Sequence record: PP781973.1
Reading direction: 5' to 3' (one strand)
From: Pseudomonas phage vB_PaeM_RyC23_M4LORT
Length of the DNA: 64,000 nt
The notes under the pieces were generated by a model. It saw only the letters and a program-made list of their open reading frames with translations, had not been told where the DNA came from and did not search any database. Below are positions 18,870 to 27,512 of this stretch, one piece after another. Both the position numbers and the translations under genes were made by a program. The stretch's first letter is position 1, and every line of letters starts with the position of its first letter.

Positions 18870-20609
18870 ATGATTATCGACGACGATAACATTCTTGATG
18901 ATGACGAATCGGGGTCCAGTGAGTTCGATCTCACACAGATAGAAGATGCTGGAATGGACCCTTTGATGACCGCCGCAAGTAAAGCGGCCGACGATGCGAT
19001 TGCGAGGAATGAGACTTACCGAGCGCAAAAGGCAGCAAAGTATGCAGAGGCGTATGCGGAACCAGATTTGAAGAAGCGAGCGCGATTGTTGATGCTCGAT
19101 CAGGCCTTTGATCTTCCGGTCAGCCGGCTGGTGAAAGGACCGTTCGACGACTTCATCACCAAGTACAGCTCGACTTCAGACAGCAACTACCTCGCGGTCT
19201 ATGATACGTTGTTCTGTAAGGGCGACGGAACTGTCCCACACCCGCACTTCGACGAGTTTCGCGGCCGGCTGGTGGACCACCGAGGCGTGGCGTTCAACAA
19301 CAAAACCCTCGATCCGATTGACCTGATGGGCGCCCTCGCGGCTGCGGCCTTGGACGATCCCTCGATTAAGAAGACGATTGAGACTTGCTGCGTTTGGGCG
19401 CGTCGATATCGCCGCAACTCGCTGATCGAGACGTTTGAGAAGAAGATACCGGATTGGGACGGCGAAGAGCGGATCGAAACGCTGCTGATCGACTTGTTCA
19501 AACCGTTCGACACCGAGCTTAACCGGATGGTGAGCAAGTATTTCTGGCTGAGCTTGTACTGCCGCATCAACTACCCTGGAATCTCGGCGCCGATCTCGTT
19601 GGCGTTGATTGGTGGGCAGGATGCGGGGAAATCATATTTCGGCTTGCTGATCTGTAAGGAACTGTCCGGTGGGCGCGATCTGGCTCCAGTTCAGCTCGAC
19701 CTGAGCCGACACGACCAGACGCCGTTCCTGCGCAACATCACCGGCAACTCGGTTATTGCGAACGTCGGCGAAATGTCCGGCTTCAAAAAGGGCGACATGG
19801 AACGCATCAAAGAATTCCTGGTGCGATCTTCGGATACATTCGATCAGAAATTCGAGCCTGGCGAAACGATCAAGCGACAATGGATCACCATCATGGACGG
19901 CAACGGATACGATGGACTCCAGCGGGACGACTCCGGCAACCGTCGATTCTATCCGATGTTCGTGGCACAACTTCCCGACGAAGATGGAAAGCCGAACTGG
20001 GTTAAGCCGGGCGATGGTAATGAACCGTTCAAGGTGGACTTCACCGACTTCGGTCGCAAATTCTGGCAAGCGATGGCTGAATGCCGCGCATGGATCGAAG
20101 AGCATGGTGTCGATGGATACCTGGATATGGTGTCGGAAGCGAACCGCGAAGTGCAGAAGTTCTCTATTTCGGAAATGGAGAATGCGCGTGGCGTGGTTCG
20201 TGATGACACGATTGATATGTATCTGATCAACGTGCTGATCAGTTGCGAGTTCGAAGAGATCAAGCCTGGCAGGAATTCAAAGAATCCTGGATGGAGAGTC
20301 AACACCATCGAAATCCTGAAATGGTTCGATGTTCTCGCCAGAAAGAAGCCGATTTCTCGCCACTTAACTCCGCACCTGAAGGCTCTGGGATTTGTTCCGA
20401 ATAAGAATGGCTTGAATGGATGGTGCCTGCCTGTAGATAAGGTTGCACCTGGATGGACCAGAGATATGCACACGACGTTGCCGCCGTTCAATGATGTGCT
20501 TGTATACTTGCTGAGGAAGGTGGATTCTGAGGTGACTGATGAAGAGGCAATGATTCAAATCCGCAAAGTTAAGGCCGAGCGCGCAAGGATATTGGGCGAG
20601 GATTTCTGA
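18870..20609 (+). CDS. VirE/D5-type primase-associated helicase (P-loop NTPase; P4 alpha C-terminal-like)
   Basis: P-loop ALIGGQDAGKSYF, RFYPMFV motif; 579 aa. Confidence 0.75.
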   Translation: MIIDDDNILDDDESGSSEFDLTQIEDAGMDPLMTAASKAADDAIARNETYRAQKAAKYAEAYAEPDLKKRARLLMLDQAFDLPVSRLVKGPFDDFITKYSSTSDSNYLAVYDTLFCKGDGTVPHPHFDEFRGRLVDHRGVAFNNKTLDPIDLMGALAAAALDDPSIKKTIETCCVWARRYRRNSLIETFEKKIPDWDGEERIETLLIDLFKPFDTELNRMVSKYFWLSLYCRINYPGISAPISLALIGGQDAGKSYFGLLICKELSGGRDLAPVQLDLSRHDQTPFLRNITGNSVIANVGEMSGFKKGDMERIKEFLVRSSDTFDQKFEPGETIKRQWITIMDGNGYDGLQRDDSGNRRFYPMFVAQLPDEDGKPNWVKPGDGNEPFKVDFTDFGRKFWQAMAECRAWIEEHGVDGYLDMVSEANREVQKFSISEMENARGVVRDDTIDMYLINVLISCEFEEIKPGRNSKNPGWRVNTIEILKWFDVLARKKPISRHLTPHLKALGFVPNKNGLNGWCLPVDKVAPGWTRDMHTTLPPFNDVLVYLLRKVDSEVTDEEAMIQIRKVKAERARILGEDF

Positions 20610-20634
20610 TGTAGTGATGGAGTGTACTTGGACT

Positions 20635-20660
20635 AGGCCGCCTTCGGGCGGTCTTTTCTT
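20635..20660 (+). terminator. Rho-independent terminator (GGCCGCC-TTCG-GGCGGTC followed by TTTTCTTT)
   Basis: GC stem plus T-tract immediately after the helicase gene. Confidence 0.6.
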
Positions 20661-20699
20661 TGGTGAGGCGTACATTCTATTAGGTTGTGGCCGAGTGAG

Positions 20700-21125
20700 A
20701 TTCGGAAGCTATCTGGTAATTAGGATGGGGTGGCGATGGTGTATTATGGAAAGTTCGTGGACGGTGGATCGAGGATTTTGTGTGGTGAGTGGGTGGATTA
20801 TGGAAAATCGACGATTCTGACTGGATTTTTGGGGTCGGCCGCGCCGGTCTTACTGGTAATTACCGAAACCGGGAATTTGGGTCGAGCCTTAGTGCCGCGT
20901 GGGCTTGAAGCGCTTATTCGGATACTTCCCGGTTTCGGATGCAGCCGCAAAAGTATACTACAGCGAAAATCGATTGCACAATCCTAATAGAAAAAATCTA
21001 TCACGGACGTTACCTATCTTTAAAATTAATAAAATTAATAGTAATTTGGTAATTTGGTAAACTTTAGTATTTGAAAGCCTCGCGGCACTAAGCTTGTACA
21101 TATCCCGTCAAGTTTCCGATTCCAG
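20700..21125. repeat. Iteron-bearing intergenic region 1: GGTG(T/G)ATTATGGAAA x2, CTGGTAATTA x2, GGTAATTTGG x2, a 13-bp inverted repeat (20863-20875 / 20926-20938), and inverted plus direct copies of a conserved box
   Basis: Seen directly in the sequence; the box 21073-21125 matches 40913-40965 at about 85% identity. Confidence 0.7.
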
Positions 21126-21409
21126 CCAGCTCGCGGCAGGGTCGCCGGAAACTTCCGGACTTCCAATCCATGGGTCGCGGCAACACCACGGCGGACTAAG
21201 CGGCAGGCACCAAAACTCGACGAACGGAACCGGAAATTTGGGAGCGCGACAGAATCGCTCAGCTGGACATATTTCTAACATTCTATTTAACACTCAATCC
21301 AAACACTCACCACCATCGTCTCCCGCCAACCGCCGACTCGATCCTCACCCACCAGCGGATCGCCCGTATAACATCCTATAACACCACCTAACACTCATTC
21401 ATCATCAAA

Positions 21410-21433
21410 CCCACCCAGACCTACAGCCCACCC
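21410..21433 (-). other. G-quadruplex motif on the minus strand (GGGTGGG-N10-GGGTGGG) inside a CA-rich non-coding tract spanning 21120-21570
   Basis: Plus strand reads CCCACCCAGACCTACAGCCCACCC; strong strand asymmetry and no ORF. Confidence 0.5.
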
Positions 21434-21570
21434 ACAAGCAGCCCATAGACGCGATCCCTGGCCCCATAGTACAATCGCGCCATACTCAGTGTCGCGGCAG
21501 AGCACCAGGCCCATCCACCACCAACGCCACCGCGACGACTCCAGAATCGAACTCAGGGACGCAGCACCAA

Positions 21571-22140
21571 ATGACCAAACACTACAGCCCCGACGATCTA
21601 GTCACGCCACAGGAATTCGCAGACCCGCATTTCGCGGCGATCAACCAAAAGCGATTCGACCTGTACATCGACCTGCGCGTCCAAGGCTACAGCTCCTGGC
21701 GGGTCTTCCGGGCCATCTGGGGTGAGGAGCACATGGACGGTCCCGCCCAGGCTCGCATCTTCGCGATGGAGTCCAACCCGTACTATCGCAAGCAGTTCAA
21801 GGCCAAGTTGAACGCGACCAAAACGTCCGACTTGTGGAATCCAAAGACGGCGCTCCACGAACTCCTCCAAATGGTTCGTGACCCCACCGTCAAGGACTCC
21901 AGTCGTCTGTCGGCCATCAAGGAATTGAACGTTCTGGCTGAAATCACGTTCGTGGACGAGTCTGGCAAGACCAGGATCGGTCGCGGTTTGGCCGACTTCT
22001 ACGCATCAGAAGCCGAGGCTCAGACCGCGACCGTCGCTGCTGCGGCCGAAGCCAATGGCTATGTGCCGGAAGGCGAAGAGGGCGATTTCCCGTCCCCGAC
22101 GCCGGAACCGACCGAGGAAGACCGCGCCAACCCCATTTAG
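21571..22140 (+). CDS. Hypothetical protein (189 aa) with an acidic C-terminus; small-terminase role possible but not supported
   Basis: ORF starting a plus-strand transcription unit after the non-coding tract; no recognisable motif. Confidence 0.45.
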   Translation: MTKHYSPDDLVTPQEFADPHFAAINQKRFDLYIDLRVQGYSSWRVFRAIWGEEHMDGPAQARIFAMESNPYYRKQFKAKLNATKTSDLWNPKTALHELLQMVRDPTVKDSSRLSAIKELNVLAEITFVDESGKTRIGRGLADFYASEAEAQTATVAAAAEANGYVPEGEEGDFPSPTPEPTEEDRANPI

Positions 22141-22260
22141 ACATAAAATAACATCGTTCTAGGCCCGAATCGGACCGAACTAAGGCGACGGTAGCGGGAA
22201 GGGACGAAAAACGATTCTAGGGCGGTTCTAGGAAGTCGGAGCCTAACCCTCAGAAACGAC

Positions 22261-22300
22261 AAAGCCCCGGACTCTAGCTCAGAATCCGGGGCTTTCTTTT
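22261..22300. terminator. Bidirectional rho-independent terminator (AAAGCCCCGG...CCGGGGCTTT followed by CTTTT)
   Basis: 10-bp GC-rich stem between two convergent genes. Confidence 0.7.
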
Positions 22301-22307
22301 GGGCGCC

Positions 22308-22922
22308 TTATTCGCCAGCTTCGATGATTTCGAAGTTGTATTTGACGCCTTCGTGCTCGAAAGTCATTTTGCCAGCCGCCTTCAGCTGCATGCGGAAGCG
22401 GATGTGTTTCGAAGAAGGCAGGCCGAACTCGATGAATGCTGCGTTGGTGGACCGGAACTCGCCGCGCTTGCCTTTGACAGTCACAGCCACGCCATGGCGC
22501 TGAGTGCGTTTCTTGGAAACTTCCGGGTCTTTCCAGGAGTTGGCGATGGCTGCCGACAGGTCTTTGGACTCTTTGGCTTTCTCCGGAGCGTTCTTGGCCT
22601 CTTCGCGCATCTTCCGGATTTCTTCCAGCGCTTCCTCTTCGGTGATCTCTTCTTCAGGCTTCAGATTCTCTTCCTCGGCCTTCTCTTCTTCCTTCTTCTT
22701 GGAAGTGCGGGTTTTGTAGACTTTGGCCGGGGCTTCCTCTTCCTGGAAGGCTTCTTCCTCGGCCGGCAGAGCATTCAGGATGGCGAGGCAGCGACGCTCA
22801 GCAGTCTTGCGGTCAGAGAAACGCTTGACAGTCGCATCGGCGTTGTGGGCGTTGTAGAAGGCGACCAGTTCTTTCATTTCTGCGTTCTGGATGTCGCCGA
22901 AGGTTTTGATGGAGTTGGTCAT
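22308..22922 (-). CDS. Hypothetical early protein (204 aa) with an acidic Glu/Lys central segment
   Basis: ORF downstream of an early promoter; conserved 5'UTR. Confidence 0.5.
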   Translation of the reverse strand: MTNSIKTFGDIQNAEMKELVAFYNAHNADATVKRFSDRKTAERRCLAILNALPAEEEAFQEEEAPAKVYKTRTSKKKEEEKAEEENLKPEEEITEEEALEEIRKMREEAKNAPEKAKESKDLSAAIANSWKDPEVSKKRTQRHGVAVTVKGKRGEFRSTNAAFIEFGLPSSKHIRFRMQLKAAGKMTFEHEGVKYNFEIIEAGE

Positions 22923-22940
22923 TTTGCGATCCTCTGTTTT

Positions 22941-23015
22941 GGAAGATTTCGTTCGGGCTTCGGTTTGTCGCCCCGTTGAAAGAGATTATGCCTAGGTCGA
23001 TGCTGCGTGTCTACA
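22941..23015 (-). promoter_or_regulatory. Early promoter (TAGACA -35, 17 nt, CATAAT -10) with a conserved leader and Shine-Dalgarno site
   Basis: Member of the repeated promoter family. Confidence 0.5.
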
Positions 23016-23111
23016 TTTATTTCATCAGATTGATCGCAAAGCCGACGAACGGTTGTCGGATGTGAAAACACCGCAGAGCAGGCTGCGGTGTTTGGTGGGC
23101 GAGGGCGATGG

Positions 23112-23822
23112 TCAAGCGAACGGATCGCCCAGCATATCTTCAGACGGGGCACGTTGCATATCGCCCAGCTTGTCTTCGTCAGTTGCCGGACTGGACGGGA
23201 TCGCGCCGGACCGAAGCGACAGAGATTCCGACTGCCTGCTCACCTGCGGAGCCGGAGGAGCCGGAGGAGCTTTTGGCGCAGTAGGGGCAGGCGGGACCGG
23301 CAGGCCTGGAGGAGCCATCGGCGCCATGGGCGGCTCCGGAAGATCGGGCAGGTCAGGAAGACTCGGCGCTATGCCGCCAAAGGACCGCTGCGACTGCTGC
23401 GCCGGATTGTCGCCGAACATTTCGGCGGATCGGTTGTCCTTGATGACTTGACCTATGGCCGTCTTGTCGCCGCCCGGCTCTGCCGGATCGAAGCCCGTGA
23501 CTGGCCTGGTTACGCAGCGCATGTTCGGATGGGTAGGCAGATTTTTCAGAACTATGGAATCTGCCCAGACATACGGATTCTTGTGGTTGCCGGGTCCGTG
23601 GCTGATGATCTCGGCAGGAATATGGCCGTTCATGGTGAGCCATTCCGCCATCCCTTGCCGAGTCAGCGGGCTTACCACGATCTGGCCAGTAGACTCTTCG
23701 GCGACGGCGAACAGATCACCGAGCTTGAACCCGATGATTATGTAGTTGGACCTGGACTCGCCGACGAAAGCCAGGGTTTCGATGTTGTGGTGGATATCTT
23801 GGTCTTCCCAGATGTAAAGCAT
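23112..23822 (-). CDS. Hypothetical protein with a Pro-rich C-terminus (236 aa)
   Basis: ORF. Confidence 0.45.
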   Translation of the reverse strand: MLYIWEDQDIHHNIETLAFVGESRSNYIIIGFKLGDLFAVAEESTGQIVVSPLTRQGMAEWLTMNGHIPAEIISHGPGNHKNPYVWADSIVLKNLPTHPNMRCVTRPVTGFDPAEPGGDKTAIGQVIKDNRSAEMFGDNPAQQSQRSFGGIAPSLPDLPDLPEPPMAPMAPPGLPVPPAPTAPKAPPAPPAPQVSRQSESLSLRSGAIPSSPATDEDKLGDMQRAPSEDMLGDPFA

Positions 23823-23832
23823 GATGCGCTCC

Positions 23833-24144
23833 TCAATAAGGCTGCTTGTTGTATTCGACCAGAGACATACCGGCCGGAACTTTGAAGCGGACGTATTCGA
23901 TCATCATCGCCGTTCGACGCCGATTCTTGCCAGACTCGTCATTAACGAAGAGTTCGCACTGATGCGGAATGACTCGCGTCACCAGGTCTTCGCCTTTCGA
24001 ACCGTAGAACTTGATGTAGGCTGCGACGCCTCGCGTCATGTTCAGATGGACCGTTTCGCAGAGTCGCTGCGCGGCCGACGCGCTGGACAGATCGTTTGGA
24101 CTGACCGTCACCCAGTAATGGCCACTTTGTTCTTTATCGGACAT
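23833..24144 (-). CDS. Hypothetical protein (103 aa)
   Basis: ORF. Confidence 0.4.
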   Translation of the reverse strand: MSDKEQSGHYWVTVSPNDLSSASAAQRLCETVHLNMTRGVAAYIKFYGSKGEDLVTRVIPHQCELFVNDESGKNRRRTAMMIEYVRFKVPAGMSLVEYNKQPY

Positions 24145-24196
24145 AAAATGTCCTCCAATGAGAAAGCCTCTGCCGAGTCGCAGAGGCTGGTTGTTG

Positions 24197-24427
24197 TTAG
24201 TCGCGCTTCAACAGAACGACTTTGTCATATGCGCGATATTTACCGCGCCAGTCTTCCCAGTAGTCGCCGGCCGGGCAGGTAAGCTCCAGGGTGATTTCGT
24301 CGCGCCAGCATTCGACAGAAAGTACAATCGCCTTGTTCCTGGCTGCACCCTCTGCGGCATCTGCTCTGAGCTTAATCAGAATTTCGTCGCCAGTTTTCAG
24401 CTCATCAACTCTTACAACTTTGGCCAT
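24197..24427 (-). CDS. Small hypothetical protein (76 aa)
   Basis: Internal start MAKVVRVD with an AGGAGTG Shine-Dalgarno site. Confidence 0.4.
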   Translation of the reverse strand: MAKVVRVDELKTGDEILIKLRADAAEGAARNKAIVLSVECWRDEITLELTCPAGDYWEDWRGKYRAYDKVVLLKRD

Positions 24428-24482
24428 GACACACTCCTGTTTGAAGAGGCGAGGCCGGAACCAACCCAGCCGCGCCGATGGA

Positions 24483-24707
24483 TTAACGTTTGTGAAGGAT
24501 GGACACTGCGTCCACGTCGAGGATGCTAATGGTACGGCGACGGCGCGGATTGCTGCGTTCATGGATGCGAATCAGGTTCGCAGCTGGAGCTTTGTCCACC
24601 ACCCATATATCTTCCGGCTTCTGCTTCCGGAGCAGGACCGTCACTTCTGCGTTCTGGGCGAGGCCGTTGCAGATGAACGTGAACTTGGACGAGGGAGTTC
24701 TGTACAT
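24483..24707 (-). CDS. Small hypothetical protein (74 aa)
   Basis: ORF downstream of the promoter at 24758-24786. Confidence 0.4.
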   Translation of the reverse strand: MYRTPSSKFTFICNGLAQNAEVTVLLRKQKPEDIWVVDKAPAANLIRIHERSNPRRRRTISILDVDAVSILHKR

Positions 24708-24757
24708 GTCGAGATTCCTTTTTGGACTTCGGGTCCGGCTTTTCAGTCGGTGAAGAG

Positions 24758-24786
24758 ATTATGCCTGATCATCACCGTCGAGTAAA
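24758..24786 (-). promoter_or_regulatory. Early promoter (TTTACT -35, 17 nt, CATAAT -10)
   Basis: Member of the promoter family (plus-strand consensus GAAGAGATTATGCC...GAGTAAAGCAC). Confidence 0.5.
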
Positions 24787-25098
24787 GCACTTATGGACCA
24801 ATTCTCCAGTTAAATGGAACCACAGCGCGGTATCGCTGATCGCTACGCTTCCGCGCCATGGCCCTTCTTGCTCACAGACTTCGAACCACAAGCTGATTTC
24901 CATCCTTGCCAGGACTCGGCCGAAGGATTCGAGCCGGCGCCGACTGGACAGGATGTCGACATTCACTCGTCGATTGACCTCGTACCGGCGACCGTTGATG
25001 GCGAAGACCAGCCGCAGGGTTTGTCCGTCAAGACACTCCCAGTATCTGGTTTCACACCGAAGCCAATAGCGCTTGCCAGCCGGGCCTACCATGGTCAT
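24772..25098 (-). CDS. Hypothetical protein (109 aa)
   Basis: Start MTMVGP lies 2 nt after the upstream gene's stop; overlaps the promoter at 24758-24786, which weakens the call. Confidence 0.3.
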   Translation of the reverse strand: MTMVGPAGKRYWLRCETRYWECLDGQTLRLVFAINGRRYEVNRRVNVDILSSRRRLESFGRVLARMEISLWFEVCEQEGPWRGSVAISDTALWFHLTGELVHKCFTRR

Positions 25099-25099
25099 T

Positions 25100-25744
25100 T
25101 TAATCGATGCTCCTGGCCGCGCCACGCGGTCCGGTCGGCGGGACGGGATCGAACCGACCCAGGATGTAGTCGGGCCGGCGCGCTTCCTGAGGACACACGG
25201 CGAGAAGGCGCCATCCTGCGTCCAGGGCAGACTGGAGTTCGTCCGTGCAGCAGTCTTCCTTGAGCAGCAGACGGTTGACGTTCTGGAGATTCGGACCAGG
25301 TATGGCCGATCCTGTGAGTGAGTTCCAACCCTCGATTCCACTCACCATCTCCGGTTGGTTGATGTAGCTTACGGACATACCGGCCAACCGGCTCGCGGCC
25401 AGCTCCAGACGCTCCAGCATGGGTCGCAGAGCAGCTTCCGGGTCAATGTCGTCCCAGAGAAGGACCAGGCTGATGATGGTATACGGATAGTCCTTGTCCA
25501 GATCCCAGGCTGAAGCGGTCAGACGGCCCAGGCCGATTTCATTACACATCACGGGAACGTCGTTGCTCCAGATGGACGGCTCCCAGTTCCGCTCACCAGG
25601 ATTCCCGATTGTTACGCCTTCCAGGTTCCCCAGGAGAACGTGGAGCTTGCTGACATATTCCGACTCCAAGACTTTCCGCTCTTCGTCGGTCTGGTTGTGG
25701 CGATAGAAGGATGGAGGGCTGACTTTGGCATGGTAGAGTTTCAT
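25100..25744 (-). CDS. Hypothetical protein (214 aa)
   Basis: Start MKLYHAK with the conserved upstream UTR TCTTCCAAAACCGAGGA. Confidence 0.5.
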   Translation of the reverse strand: MKLYHAKVSPPSFYRHNQTDEERKVLESEYVSKLHVLLGNLEGVTIGNPGERNWEPSIWSNDVPVMCNEIGLGRLTASAWDLDKDYPYTIISLVLLWDDIDPEAALRPMLERLELAASRLAGMSVSYINQPEMVSGIEGWNSLTGSAIPGPNLQNVNRLLLKEDCCTDELQSALDAGWRLLAVCPQEARRPDYILGRFDPVPPTGPRGAARSID

Positions 25745-25981
25745 AACTGTTCCTCGGTTTTGGAAGATTTGAAAGTTAGAGAATGGTGTCGCAGTATTTC
25801 TCGAAAGGACTCTGGCGCTTCTTCTCGCAGATCGCGCAGGTGATTTACAGGTCGGGCAGCTCGCTGTAAGTCTTGCCGAGATACAACCAGCGCTTGCACA
25901 GACTGCGGCCGTCCGACGTGAAGAAGTGGACTTTGCGAGCATTGCCGGGTTGCGCCCAGCCGCTTGGTGCCGGCTTCCTGC

Positions 25982-26197
25982 TCATACCATCACCACGTCA
26001 ATTTCGTCGGCGAAGAAGCTAAAGCCAACTCCATCTGCGTAGCCAGTGTAACGCAGACGAGTCGTCCCATCAATGTGGGCTTCCTCGACGCCGATGACTT
26101 CCAGGGTGGTATCGTTGCAGTACAGCTTGACGAACATCTTGATGCCGGAGCCAATCGCCGCGAAGGCGATCTGCTTGTACAGGTCTTGCTTGATCAT
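25982..26197 (-). CDS. Small hypothetical protein (71 aa)
   Basis: ORF. Confidence 0.35.
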   Translation of the reverse strand: MIKQDLYKQIAFAAIGSGIKMFVKLYCNDTTLEVIGVEEAHIDGTTRLRYTGYADGVGFSFFADEIDVVMV

Positions 26198-26394
26198 GCT
26201 TTACGCTCCTGTTTGCGGATGTATTCTGCCCTGACTTCGGCTTCGTACTTCGCCCAGAGCGCGTTGTCTACTGGACCCCAGGGACCGGTCTGAGTTCCGT
26301 CCACCGGCGCGAACTTGCCACCGGCGCGACGATACTTGGACAGCGTTCTCAGGCTGATGATTTTCTCTTCTTGGGAATCGAATTGATCGATCAT
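26194..26394 (-). CDS. Small hypothetical protein (66 aa)
   Basis: Start MIDQFDSQ; ATGA overlap with the upstream gene. Confidence 0.35.
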   Translation of the reverse strand: MIDQFDSQEEKIISLRTLSKYRRAGGKFAPVDGTQTGPWGPVDNALWAKYEAEVRAEYIRKQERKA

Positions 26395-26642
26395 TTGACG
26401 TACTTCCCGAAATAGGAGGTGTGGAGGATTTCGCGACCTTTGGTGATGGCCTTGAGCTTGATTCCGAAATTCTTGATCGCCCAGTCCAGATCGTGGTGAT
26501 AGAACTCGATGATGTTGACGATTTGACCGGCGCTGTAGTGGATGACGCGAACCTTGCCGTTCCAGCGGAAGTCTTCGCGGCTGTTTACGGCCTCGACTGC
26601 GATGGTGTCGTTTCTGCCGATGGTCCATTTTGAGCTAGTCAT
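26391..26642 (-). CDS. Small hypothetical protein (83 aa)
   Basis: ORF downstream of a promoter cassette; AAGAGGA Shine-Dalgarno site. Confidence 0.5.
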   Translation of the reverse strand: MTSSKWTIGRNDTIAVEAVNSREDFRWNGKVRVIHYSAGQIVNIIEFYHHDLDWAIKNFGIKLKAITKGREILHTSYFGKYVK

Positions 26643-26664
26643 GTCGCAATCCTCTTTTTGGAGT

Positions 26665-26720
26665 GTTTCGCGTTTCGATGAGGTAACTATACCTCAGTCA
26701 CATCATCGAGTAAAGCACTT
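26665..26720 (-). promoter_or_regulatory. Early promoter/leader cassette (TTTACT -35, 17 nt, TATAGT -10, leader CTCATCGAAACGCGAAACAC)
   Basis: Best match to the family consensus. Confidence 0.6.
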
Positions 26721-26754
26721 TTGAACAGATTGTCTAAAATTTCTGGAAGACAAA

Positions 26755-26967
26755 TCAATCGGCCGCGTCATCGATAGCGAACGCCGATCGCGCCAGGTCG
26801 ATGATCTCTGGCCATGTCAAAGTAAAGGTTTTGCCGTCATCACGAATGATAATTGGAGTCTGCAGCGGCTCGCCCACCAGCATTGTGTAGGTATGTTTCT
26901 CGCCGGATGCGGAGCCGATGCGGGTGCTTAAGGTGAGCGGGGATTCTTTGTGTACGGTGCCGATCAT
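26755..26967 (-). CDS. Small hypothetical protein (70 aa)
   Basis: ORF. Confidence 0.4.
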   Translation of the reverse strand: MIGTVHKESPLTLSTRIGSASGEKHTYTMLVGEPLQTPIIIRDDGKTFTLTWPEIIDLARSAFAIDDAAD

Positions 26968-27010
26968 TGTTTCGTTCCTCGGTAATACCCGGAGAATCGG
27001 GCGCGTTGGA

Positions 27011-27241
27011 TTAGGCTTTGCCGCGACGGATTGTTACGCCGCATTCAGTAGTCACTTCCTTAGCGGCAGGATCGCGAACAAGATAAGCACAGGCGGCTTT
27101 GACATTCAAAGCTCGGGTTGCGCCGAGTTTGCAGGAAAGATCATTCCCCTCTTCGTCCCACAGATGGGCAATGCGAGAGATACAGCCCTTTTCTACTTCA
27201 GCTTCTACAGTTACGGACTGGTCAATGTTAAATACCGGCAT
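27011..27241 (-). CDS. Small Cys-containing hypothetical protein (76 aa)
   Basis: Start MPVFNID with a GGAGAG Shine-Dalgarno site; downstream of the promoter at 27260-27312. Confidence 0.45.
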   Translation of the reverse strand: MPVFNIDQSVTVEAEVEKGCISRIAHLWDEEGNDLSCKLGATRALNVKAACAYLVRDPAAKEVTTECGVTIRRGKA

Positions 27242-27259
27242 CGCTTTCTCTCCGAGATT

Positions 27260-27312
27260 GTTCCGTTTCAATGAGGTGACTATACCTCAGCAACCTCATT
27301 GAGTAAAGCATT
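27260..27312 (-). promoter_or_regulatory. Early promoter/leader cassette (TTTACT -35, 17 nt, TATAGT -10)
   Basis: Family member. Confidence 0.55.
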
Positions 27313-27321
27313 TTCTTCAGA

Positions 27322-27510
27322 TTATCTGAAACCTTTTGAAGCCAGGAATTGTCGCCAGAGCCAGTCAACGTGATCGTTGAGGTAGCGCTCGCCATCGGAA
27401 GACAGAGCCAGGCAGCCATCCTTTATGCCGAGCTTGGAGCCTGCAATCCATTCGAATTCGAACTGGAGCGTTCCGGGCCTAGGGATATGGGACATGGCGT
27501 ATTTCTGCAC
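27322..27510 (-). CDS. Small hypothetical protein (62 aa)
   Basis: ORF. Confidence 0.35.
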   Translation of the reverse strand: MQKYAMSHIPRPGTLQFEFEWIAGSKLGIKDGCLALSSDGERYLNDHVDWLWRQFLASKGFR

Positions 27511-27512
27511 GG

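Noticed and set aside
21094-21381. 95-aa ORF inside the CA-rich non-coding tract
   Set aside because: Extreme low complexity (Ser/Pro/Gln/His), no Shine-Dalgarno site, lies in a strand-asymmetric non-coding tract.
21571-22140. Assignment of this gene as the small terminase subunit
   Set aside because: Only positional logic (first gene after the non-coding tract) and an acidic C-terminus; no recognisable HTH/TerS motif, and terL is 7 kb away on a differently oriented unit. Kept as a hypothetical protein.
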